A stretch of 50,216 nucleotides of DNA. Source: a bacterium. Its GTDB lineage: Archaea; Aenigmatarchaeota; Aenigmatarchaeia; CG10238-14; SCSR01. Positions 1 to 7,161 of the stretch are shown one piece after another. The notes under the pieces were generated by a model, which made no database searches, was not told the origin of the DNA, and saw only the letters and a program-made list of their open reading frames with translations. Both the position numbers and the translations under genes were made by a program. The stretch spans positions 1 through 50,216 of the forward strand of contig DAIDAX010000002.1 of NCBI GenBank assembly GCA_027310405.1, in the 5' to 3' direction. Each line of letters opens with the position of its first letter. Positions within the stretch are counted from its first letter, which is position 1.

Positions 1-42
1 GAGCTGAACAAGCTATTGAAAATAAAATTGGAGGTAAATGAA

Positions 43-330
43 ATGCAAGAAGTTTACGCCGCACTCTTACTTCACTCGGCGAAGCAACCAATCAATGAAG
101 AGAATTTGAAGAAAGTTCTCGCTGACATCGGAGCACAAGTTGACGATGCAAAGATCAAAGCTTTGGTTGCAAGTTTGGAAGGTGTGAATATTGACGAGGC
201 AATACAGCAAGCTGCTGTCGTAGCCGCTGCACCTGCCGCACAAGCTGAGAAAAAGGAAGAGAAGAAAGAAGAAGAAACAGAAAAGAAAGCTGAAGAAGCT
301 GCGGCTGGATTGAGCGCACTATTCGGCTGA
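43..330 (+). CDS. rpl12: ribosomal stalk protein P1 (L12e/aP1)
   Basis: [24 protein letters not shown]-terminus and an Ala/Glu/Lys-rich tail ending [12 protein letters not shown] are typical of archaeal P-stalk proteins. GGAGG at 30-34 precedes the in-frame ATG at 43; the ORF track begins at an upstream TTG at 16. Confidence 0.9.
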   Translation: MQEVYAALLLHSAKQPINEENLKKVLADIGAQVDDAKIKALVASLEGVNIDEAIQQAAVVAAAPAAQAEKKEEKKEEETEKKAEEAAAGLSALFG

Positions 331-345
331 ATAAATCTCTGAAGA

Positions 346-993
346 GTGAGAAGAATGCAGAAATTGCTAGACTTGGCAAACAAGATAGAAGACAAGGAAT
401 TGAGAAAGAAAGTTATCGACTTTCTGAAAAATCCTACGCTCGAGCACAAGGATTTCAAAAAGTATCAGCGTGGAGATTGGGAGAAAACGAAAACTCCGTT
501 TGCTGTTGGTGGAACTCCTGCGCTTCGAGATGTTTTGAATCATACTGTAGCAGTTGCAGAAGCTTGCTTGACAATTGCCGATAGCTTGAAGAAAAATTTT
601 GGAATAAAGATGAAGAAAGATACTTTGCTTGCTGGAGCTTTGCTTCATGACGTTATGAAACTTTTCGAGTGGAAGATGACAAAGAACGGACCGGAACATA
701 CTGGAATAACTATGGACCACACTCTGCTCGGAGTCGCTGAACTTTACAAAAGAGAATTTCCAGAAGATGTTATACATTTAGTTGCCTCGCATCCAGGAGA
801 ATATGGAACGACTCAGCCGAGAACAGCTGAAGCATTTTTGCTGCATCAAGTTGACAACATGATGTCAATTATCGAACACAATGCACTTACTGGTGGATCT
901 TCAGAAATTTCTGAAAAGCAAATTCCTATTTTGTTTTTGGACGAAGGGACTCTAGAAAAAATTAAGAAGAGTAGTGAAGATGAAAAGAAATGA
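346..993 (+). CDS. HD-domain metal-dependent phosphohydrolase
   Basis: H..(LNHTVAV), HD (GALLHDVMK), H (HLVASHPGE) and D (HQVDN) spacing matches the HD superfamily. The start could be GTG 346 or ATG 355. Confidence 0.7.
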   Translation: MRRMQKLLDLANKIEDKELRKKVIDFLKNPTLEHKDFKKYQRGDWEKTKTPFAVGGTPALRDVLNHTVAVAEACLTIADSLKKNFGIKMKKDTLLAGALLHDVMKLFEWKMTKNGPEHTGITMDHTLLGVAELYKREFPEDVIHLVASHPGEYGTTQPRTAEAFLLHQVDNMMSIIEHNALTGGSSEISEKQIPILFLDEGTLEKIKKSSEDEKK

Positions 994-2071
994 ACTCGTG
1001 GAAAAAACTATCGAACCTGCCTTGCAGTTTTTTTCTAAAATAAAACCGAGAGACGAAGTTACAATAATTCACGGACACGACATGGACAGTATTTGTTCGA
1101 CTGCGATTTGTTACACTCTTGCAAAAGAAATTTTTGGTGCAGATGTTTCAACAATTGCTTCACAATTTAATTTTACAGTGACTGCTGATTCACTTGAAAG
1201 AAAAGAAATAAAGTTCACAATTTTCGTAGACCTTGCAGACATTCCTCAAGAAATTTTCGACAGACTGAATCAGTTTGGAAAAGTTTTGATAGTTGATCAT
1301 CATCCTCCGAAAAATTATCGCGACGTGTACAACAGTAATCCTAGAATTTTTCAGCAAGACATTTACATGCCGACAAGTTATGTGGCATACAAAATTTTCG
1401 AACATTACTCGAACGATAAAAAAATGTTACTGTTGAGTTGTCTTGGAACTCTCGCTGATCACGGAGCAAAACAGAATTCGGATATTTTCAAGAGTCTGCA
1501 GAAATTTTATCCGAAACTTTTGGGAAGAGTGAAGACCGATGATGAGGTTTTGTTCGCGAAAAGTTCTATCGGAGAATTGGTTTCAATAATTAGCAGTTCG
1601 TGGATATTTGGAAGAAAATCTGGGGCAGAGACCGCACTCAAAGCATTAATTAAAATGAAAAATCCAAGCGAAATTTTCAACAGTAGTTTCAAGGAAGCAA
1701 AAACTTTGTTGAACATGCACAAAAAAGTTTCGACAGAATACAAAAGAGTACTGAAAGATTTTCAGGAAAAGAAAACAACATTCGGAAATATTGTTTTTTA
1801 CGAGATAAGTTCTGAAATGAATCTCAAATCGATTCTCGCTAGCTCGGTCCAAAAAGATTTCAAAGAAAAAATAATCGCAATTGCACAAAAAACCGACGAT
1901 TCTTATGACATAAGTTTCCGCAGAGGACCAGGGGTGACTGAGGATCTCGGACAATTTGCACAACAAGCAATCCGCGATATTCCAAATGCTAGTGGTGGTG
2001 GACACGAAGCTGCGGCTGCGGCAAGGATTCCGAAAGAATACATTGGAAAACTGTTGGAAAATCTCGCTTGA
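980..2071 (+). CDS. DHH/DHHA1-family phosphoesterase (NrnA/RecJ-like)
   Basis: DHH motifs IIHGHDMDSICS and LIVDHHPP plus the DHHA1 motif ASGGGHEAAAAARI. Overlaps the 3' end of the HD gene by 14 nt (ATG 980; the track starts at GTG 974). Confidence 0.8.
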   Translation: MKRNELVEKTIEPALQFFSKIKPRDEVTIIHGHDMDSICSTAICYTLAKEIFGADVSTIASQFNFTVTADSLERKEIKFTIFVDLADIPQEIFDRLNQFGKVLIVDHHPPKNYRDVYNSNPRIFQQDIYMPTSYVAYKIFEHYSNDKKMLLLSCLGTLADHGAKQNSDIFKSLQKFYPKLLGRVKTDDEVLFAKSSIGELVSIISSSWIFGRKSGAETALKALIKMKNPSEIFNSSFKEAKTLLNMHKKVSTEYKRVLKDFQEKKTTFGNIVFYEISSEMNLKSILASSVQKDFKEKIIAIAQKTDDSYDISFRRGPGVTEDLGQFAQQAIRDIPNASGGGHEAAAAARIPKEYIGKLLENLA

Positions 2072-2095
2072 AAAAATGAACTATGGCAAAGTATA

Positions 2096-2380
2096 TCAGT
2101 CTGCCATCGGAAAATATGGTTCACAGTCTGTAGCTTTAAACTTGTTTTTCATTAATGAATCTACTTCTGAGATTTCTGATGGTTTCGTGTTGTTTAAAAA
2201 AATTAACGAAATAGGAGAAACCAATCCATCATGGCTAAAAGAACCAATACCATAATGTGCAATTATTCCTCTTCTATGTAAGAGTTTTACATAATCGCTT
2301 ACTAAGTAATGATTGCAGAAACTGGGTTTGGTCTCTTTTCCAATGTGTCTGGGTACATCGTAATCTCTTTGCTCAGCCAT
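2096..2380 (-). CDS. hypothetical protein (94 aa)
   Basis: ORF exactly fills the gap between the DHH gene and an AT-rich divergent promoter region. No motif recognised. Confidence 0.35.
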   Translation of the reverse strand: MAEQRDYDVPRHIGKETKPSFCNHYLVSDYVKLLHRRGIIAHYGIGSFSHDGLVSPISLIFLNNTKPSEISEVDSLMKNKFKATDCEPYFPMAD

Positions 2381-2505
2381 TGTCTACAATTTCACTATAA
2401 ATTTTAAAAATTTATGTATTTTCAAAAATATACTTTCCAAAACACGAAATCTACCCTGAAAAACTGGCTATACGGCTGAGTACAAATTATTTTTAGTGAG
2501 AAAGA
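2381..2505. promoter_or_regulatory. AT-rich divergent intergenic/promoter region
   Basis: Contains TATA-like runs (ctataaattttaaaaatttat, caaaaatata) between oppositely oriented ORFs starting at 2380 (-) and 2506 (+). Confidence 0.3.
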
Positions 2506-2691
2506 ATGAACTGCGTTCGATGTAGATCACCTCGGACAATGAGGTTTGTTGACGGTTTTGGCGCTCACAGAATCTTCTGCAGAACTTGTCGAGTGAGTTA
2601 TCCTGAGGAAGTTCCTAATCTGGATCAAACCAAACTGCTTGAATTCCATGAAACATTCCACACGAATTTCGCAGCAGTGGGGAGGACTTGA
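2506..2691 (+). CDS. small zinc-ribbon protein (61 aa), hypothetical
   Basis: CVRC..(17 aa)..CRTC four-Cys spacing in MNCVRCRSPRTMRFVDGFGAHRIFCRTCRV. Lies downstream of the AT-rich region. Confidence 0.4.
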   Translation: MNCVRCRSPRTMRFVDGFGAHRIFCRTCRVSYPEEVPNLDQTKLLEFHETFHTNFAAVGRT

Positions 2692-2808
2692 GATGGAAGA
2701 ACTAGCAACGATGCAAGCAACACTTCTTTTCGACCGTGGACACTACAAGTTTCGAGTGAACATGAAAAAAGGAAATCGCATTTTTGGATTTATCCGACCG
2801 CTGAGGAT

Positions 2809-2873
2809 GGAGGGACGAGGTTAAAACATCTGGATTTTCCAGCCCACCTATTTTTTCAATGCCTTGTCCCTCC
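2809..2873 (+). other. GC-rich stem-loop (possible terminator/insulator or small structured RNA)
   Basis: ggagggacgagg (2809-2820) pairs with ccttgtccctcc (2862-2873). This gives 12 bp, including one G-U that is a wobble only in the + sense. A nested hairpin ctgga-ttt-tccag lies at 2830-2842, and a T6 run lies in the 3' arm region. Confidence 0.4.
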
Positions 2874-2917
2874 CGCCCCCATATTCTTAATTTTAAAAAA
2901 TTCAACTATGTGGTAGA

Positions 2918-3442
2918 ATGCCAGAGTTCAACAAAGAAATTGAGATTAAACTTTACCTCAAAAAGTTTCCAGAAAAACTGAAGAACTTAGATTTTGACGA
3001 GTCCTCCGAGGTTGACGAATATTTCATGAACGAATCTATCGCAGAAGGTGGGAAGTTGTATCTAAGAATACGAACTCGAGGAAATAAAAGAGTTTTGGAG
3101 TTGAAGGAAATTATTCAGCATGGAAATCCGTACAAAGCTGAGGAAATCCTGTTTCAGCTAGCCGAGGAAAACTACGAAGCATTGAAACATATCTTAGGAA
3201 AAGTTTTACCGATAAAAACTGTAATTAAAAAAATTAGGAAGAAAATAAAATTCAATGAATGTGAAATTGCAATTGACGATGTTGAAAATCTTGGAAAGTT
3301 TATGGAAATAGAGGGTTCTGAGGAGAAAATTAAAGAAACTTGTAAAATTCTTGACATTGACATGAAAGATGTGGAAACCGAAGGTGGGTATGTTCAAATG
3401 ATGTTAAAAAAACTTGGACTTCCTCATCGGAACTTTACTTGA
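2918..3442 (+). CDS. CYTH-domain protein (triphosphate tunnel metalloenzyme / CyaB-like)
   Basis: N-terminal EIEIK (ExExK) signature, ~174 aa size, and alternating charged beta-strand pattern (LRIRTRG, ELKE, EIAIDDVENLGKFMEIE). A TATA-like ttttaaaaaa sits ~20 nt upstream of the ATG. Confidence 0.7.
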   Translation: MPEFNKEIEIKLYLKKFPEKLKNLDFDESSEVDEYFMNESIAEGGKLYLRIRTRGNKRVLELKEIIQHGNPYKAEEILFQLAEENYEALKHILGKVLPIKTVIKKIRKKIKFNECEIAIDDVENLGKFMEIEGSEEKIKETCKILDIDMKDVETEGGYVQMMLKKLGLPHRNFT

Positions 3443-4115
3443 ACTTCATCACGACAAACAGATGATGCTTTTCGTATGGATCTAATTCTACCTTATCCAG
3501 AATTTCAAAATGTTTTTCTAGTTCTGCTAAAGCTTGTTTGTAAACTTCTTTTGGTGGTTTTGTCACGTCAATGCTTTGAGATTTTATCGCGATCATCGCA
3601 TAACCACCTTCCTTCAAAAATTTTTCACAATTACGAATCATTATTGGGATTTGATCATCACTTGCAACATCCTCATAAACCAAATCGACTTTTTCAACAG
3701 AACTCGCATACTCCTCCGGTTTTCTCGCGTCAGCTAAAATTGGAACAATGTTTCCTCTTTTTTCTGCGACTCTAACCAAATCTCGCAAAACTCTTTCAGC
3801 AACATCAACTCCGTAAATTATTCCGCCGCTTCCAATTATGTCAGAAAAATGTGAGGCCGTTGTTCCGCTTGCAATTCCCAGATACAAAATCTTCATTCCT
3901 AATTTCAGTGGAAAAATTTTCAATCCTTTCTTCAACGCTGCTGCTGGTTTGCTTCTGTAAAAATCCCACACACGGTATTCAATGTTCTCTTCCTTAACGA
4001 ACTGTTCTCCGTAAACTTTTTCTCCGAGGATAAGATTTTTCGTTGCGAATTTTCCATCGGTAATAAAAATTCCTTCGAGTTTTGATTCTTTCACTTTAGG
4101 CAAGTTTATCACCAA
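3435..4115 (-). CDS. flpA: fibrillarin (C/D box sRNP 2'-O-methyltransferase)
   Basis: YRVWDFYRSKPAAALKKGL, ILYLGIASGTTASHFSDIIG (SAM motif), GVDVAERVLRDLV..AEKRGNIVPILADARKPEEY. Starts at TTG 4115 or GTG 4112. Confidence 0.92.
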   Translation of the reverse strand: MVINLPKVKESKLEGIFITDGKFATKNLILGEKVYGEQFVKEENIEYRVWDFYRSKPAAALKKGLKIFPLKLGMKILYLGIASGTTASHFSDIIGSGGIIYGVDVAERVLRDLVRVAEKRGNIVPILADARKPEEYASSVEKVDLVYEDVASDDQIPIMIRNCEKFLKEGGYAMIAIKSQSIDVTKPPKEVYKQALAELEKHFEILDKVELDPYEKHHLFVVMKFK

Positions 4116-4521
4116 GTTCCAATACTTTCCTGTCTTTACTCCATCTCAATAGTTTTAGAGCTTCGATTATAGAACACCATCTATATTCTTTAATTGGTTT
4201 ACCATCCTCTTTGCCGAGTTTGATTTTATTTGACATATCTGTTTTAACAAGATAAACAGAAATGAATACATGTTTACTGTCAATCAAAAAATTGTAATCA
4301 AATGGTATTTTTCTTTGAATTAAAATTTTCTGTAGTCCGACTTCTTCTAGAATTTCTCTTCTGAGAGTTTTTAATTCAGTCTCGCCTCTTTCTATTTTTC
4401 CTGTCACAAGTCGCCAAAAAAATCTTTTATACCTATAAGACCACTGTTTTGTCACAAGATACTTTTTTCTCGATCCAATGGTTGTATAGATTAAGCCGCA
4501 AACACCGTGTAAAATTTTCAT
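4096..4521 (-). CDS. NUDIX hydrolase
   Basis: Nudix box GKIERGETELKTLRREILEEVGL (GX5EX7REUXEEXGU). The ATG lies 1 nt after the nop5 stop, and the 3' end overlaps the flpA start by 20 nt. Confidence 0.8.
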   Translation of the reverse strand: MKILHGVCGLIYTTIGSRKKYLVTKQWSYRYKRFFWRLVTGKIERGETELKTLRREILEEVGLQKILIQRKIPFDYNFLIDSKHVFISVYLVKTDMSNKIKLGKEDGKPIKEYRWCSIIEALKLLRWSKDRKVLELGDKLA

Positions 4522-4522
4522 A

Positions 4523-5596
4523 CTACTTCTTTGAACTCAAAATCTCTTTAACTCTTTCCTCAAGTTCTTTTTTCATCTGTGGAGCTTTGTATTCTCCATT
4601 GTAGAAATCGAGTTTTGCTGCGATTGAAAGTTTTGCTGCAAGAGTTCTTGCAATCTTTCCTCTTTCACTATCAGGTGCATTTTGAATTAACGGATGTGAA
4701 AAAATTAAACCATGTCTCGGAGATTTTCCGTGTCCATGCAAAAATCTGAACAAAGCTTTCTCTGCACCAAGAAGTTGAATTGTTGATGACGGCATTCGTG
4801 CAAGTCTATCCAGTCCACCAGATTTTGCAATTAATTTTGCAGCAAGTTGTGATCCAGCAAGTTCAGAAAAGTTTGGTGCGATTTTTTTCAAAGATTTTTC
4901 AATGTAAGTTGAAATTTTTTCACGGAGTTTATATAATTGTAAAATTTGATTTGCAATATCCTGAATAACTTTCACATCTTCATCCTCAATATCAATTCCC
5001 ATACTTTGTTCGCTGAATTGTTTCAGTTCTTCTTCGTCCATCTTTTCTCTTGTGCCAAATTTTCCAACAAGAGCTGCAAATTTTTCATGATTAGAAATTA
5101 TTTTGTCCATTTCTGGAAAATGTAAGCCGTACCATTCACGTAAACGTTCAACAAGAATGTTTATCGATTTATCAAGTTCATCAATAGAATTTATTGCATG
5201 TATCACGAGATGGTCTGCACCAACTGCTTTTTTGATTTTAACTTTTGTGAGTTCTAGATTAGCCTGCGTCAAAAACTTGTTGTATTCTGCGTCGTCTTTA
5301 ATCAGACCTTTCTGAATTGCAAGCTTGCGTAAGTTTTCACGAACATAATTTTCAAATTCGTTTCCAGGTTCAGCATGTTTAACTCCTTCTTTTCTGTTGC
5401 TGAAAATTACAAAAATTTTCTTTCGTCCCAATCTTCCAGCTATTTCCTTCTCTTCGGGGAGAATTTCTATCTCAGAACGTTTCAGTTTCTCCGCGACTTC
5501 CTTCGGATTCCTGCTGAACGCACTGAACTCGACAATTTTCTTGTTCTCGTCAATAGCGAAAACTCCGACGAGTGTAGTGACAATGTAAGCTCGCAT
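4523..5596 (-). CDS. nop5: Nop5 (Nop56/58) C/D box sRNP core protein
   Basis: Conserved NOP domain: GLHFPEM, ...LLGAEKALFRFLHGHGKSPRHGLIFSHPLIQ..., ARTLAAKLSIAAKLD. Confidence 0.92.
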   Translation of the reverse strand: MRAYIVTTLVGVFAIDENKKIVEFSAFSRNPKEVAEKLKRSEIEILPEEKEIAGRLGRKKIFVIFSNRKEGVKHAEPGNEFENYVRENLRKLAIQKGLIKDDAEYNKFLTQANLELTKVKIKKAVGADHLVIHAINSIDELDKSINILVERLREWYGLHFPEMDKIISNHEKFAALVGKFGTREKMDEEELKQFSEQSMGIDIEDEDVKVIQDIANQILQLYKLREKISTYIEKSLKKIAPNFSELAGSQLAAKLIAKSGGLDRLARMPSSTIQLLGAEKALFRFLHGHGKSPRHGLIFSHPLIQNAPDSERGKIARTLAAKLSIAAKLDFYNGEYKAPQMKKELEERVKEILSSKK

Positions 5597-5657
5597 AGTT
5601 TTTATTAAACTGATATCTTTAATAAGACTTAGCTGATAGTAATTTTCTTAGATAGGA

Positions 5658-6491
5658 ATGGCTATATTTAGAACAGCTTTGTTAATGGGTCTTCTTACCG
5701 GAATTCTTTTAGCTATCGGTTATTTTTTAGCTGGTCTCGAAGGAATGATGCTGTTCCTAATTATTTCTGTACTGATTAATTTTGCAACTTACTGGTGGTC
5801 GGATAAAATTGTTCTTGCAATGTACAGAGCGAAACCTATTTCGGAAAAAGATAATCCTAAGTTGCATCAGATAGTCGCAAAAGTTGCGAAAGAAGCTGGA
5901 ATGCCAAAACCGAAAGTTTACTTGGTTAATCTTCCAGTTCCAAACGCATTCGCAACAGGAAGATCTCCAAAGCATGCTGCAGTTGCAGTAACATCCGGAC
6001 TCATGAATGTTTTGAATTACGACGAGGTAGAAGGTGTACTTGCTCATGAAATTTCACACGTTAAAAATCACGACACACTTACATCTGCAGTTGCCGCATC
6101 TATCGCCGGTGCAATTTCTTACATAGCTCAGCTTGCATGGTTTGGCGCATTTTCTGGAAATCAGAGGAATAGTGGAAGTGCAATTTTATTTCCATTGATA
6201 ATTCTTGCTCCAATTGCTGCGATGCTTGTTCAATTATCAATTTCTCGGACTCGTGAATATGCTGCTGACAAAACTGGAGCGACAATTTCTAAGAAACCGC
6301 TTAGCCTCGCTTCTGCGTTGGAAAAAATTTCTGCAGTCGCCAAGCAACATCCGCTTCGAGGGAATTCTGCTACAAGCCATCTATTCATTGTGAATCCGTT
6401 CACGACTGGCTCGATTGCAAATTTGTTCAGCACTCACCCAAGCACCGATGAAAGAATTCGAAGGCTTAAAGAACTTGCCAAAGAATTATAG
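5658..6491 (+). CDS. htpX: HtpX-family M48 membrane zinc protease
   Basis: HEISHVKNHD (HExxH), several TM helices, NAFATG, and EYAADKTGA plus the C-terminal STHPSTDERI motif. Confidence 0.88.
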   Translation: MAIFRTALLMGLLTGILLAIGYFLAGLEGMMLFLIISVLINFATYWWSDKIVLAMYRAKPISEKDNPKLHQIVAKVAKEAGMPKPKVYLVNLPVPNAFATGRSPKHAAVAVTSGLMNVLNYDEVEGVLAHEISHVKNHDTLTSAVAASIAGAISYIAQLAWFGAFSGNQRNSGSAILFPLIILAPIAAMLVQLSISRTREYAADKTGATISKKPLSLASALEKISAVAKQHPLRGNSATSHLFIVNPFTTGSIANLFSTHPSTDERIRRLKELAKEL

Positions 6492-6494
6492 AAC

Positions 6495-7076
6495 ATGAGA
6501 GTTTTTGAAACAAATCTCTTCAGTTCTTTCTCCAGAAAAATTAAGAGAACTGCTCAAGTGATGCTTCCGAAAGACATAGCGATGATTCTTGCGTACACTG
6601 CGATTCCGCAAAAAAGTTTGGTTGTCGATGCCGGAACTGGCACTGGTTATCTTGCAATTTTTCTTGCATATTTTTTGCCGAACGGAAAGATAGTAACGTA
6701 CGAAAAGGACAGAAGATTTTGGAAGAACATTAAATCAAATTTCAAAGCGACCGGATTGAAAAATATTCGCTTCAAGAAAAAAGATTTCGCGAAAGCTTCA
6801 GAAAAAAATGTAAACCTAATAACTTTAGATTTGGAGAAAGCTGAAAAGTTTATCGACAAAGCGTATAAAATGTTGTGCAAAAATGGGTGGCTTGCTATTT
6901 ACTCACCAACCGCAGATTCGTTAATCAGAATCAGAAAAAAACTTTTGAAAAAGAATTTTGCAGAAATAAAAACAGTGGAAAATATTGTGAGGGAGTGGCA
7001 GATGACAAAAACTGTAAGGCCGAAAACCATTGGACTTATGCACACAGGATTTTTAACTTTCGCAAGAAAGAATTAG
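6495..7076 (+). CDS. trmI: tRNA (adenine-N1)-methyltransferase TrmI/Gcd14-like
   Basis: PKDIAMILAYTAIPQKSLVVDAGTGTGYLAIFLA (SAM motif I context typical of TrmI), class I MTase size. Lies directly upstream of a tRNA gene. Confidence 0.6.
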   Translation: MRVFETNLFSSFSRKIKRTAQVMLPKDIAMILAYTAIPQKSLVVDAGTGTGYLAIFLAYFLPNGKIVTYEKDRRFWKNIKSNFKATGLKNIRFKKKDFAKASEKNVNLITLDLEKAEKFIDKAYKMLCKNGWLAIYSPTADSLIRIRKKLLKKNFAEIKTVENIVREWQMTKTVRPKTIGLMHTGFLTFARKN

Positions 7077-7084
7077 CATTTGTC

Positions 7085-7159
7085 GGGGTTGTCGTATAGC
7101 TTGGTCTAGTACCTGCGCCTCGGGCGTGCAGAACCTGGGTTCAAATCCCAGCAACCCCA
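7085..7159 (+). tRNA. tRNA-Pro (anticodon CGG)
   Basis: Hand-folded cloverleaf: acceptor GGGGUUG/CAACCCC, anticodon stem UGCGC/GUGCA, loop CU-CGG-GC with G37, T arm CUGGG-UUCAAAU-CCCAG, discriminator A. No encoded CCA. Confidence 0.88.
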
Positions 7160-7161
7160 AA

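Noticed and set aside
1-41. Possible 3' end of an upstream gene (frame 3: [12 protein letters not shown]), expected to be ribosomal protein P0/L10 by usual gene order
   Set aside because: It is too short to evaluate and does not end in the acidic ...GLSALFG-type tail expected for P0, so it is not called as a feature.
2640-2905. Possible RNase P RNA or SRP RNA, or a minus-strand ncRNA starting at GGGGGCGGGAGGG
   Set aside because: I could not find the universal RNase P motifs (GGAAAGUCC; ACAGAA...GGCUUA type) or the SRP helix-8 GGAA/AGCA motifs on either strand. The TATA-like box at ~2892-2901 is better explained as the promoter of the CYTH gene. The G-U in the stem favours the + strand. An Infernal scan would settle this.
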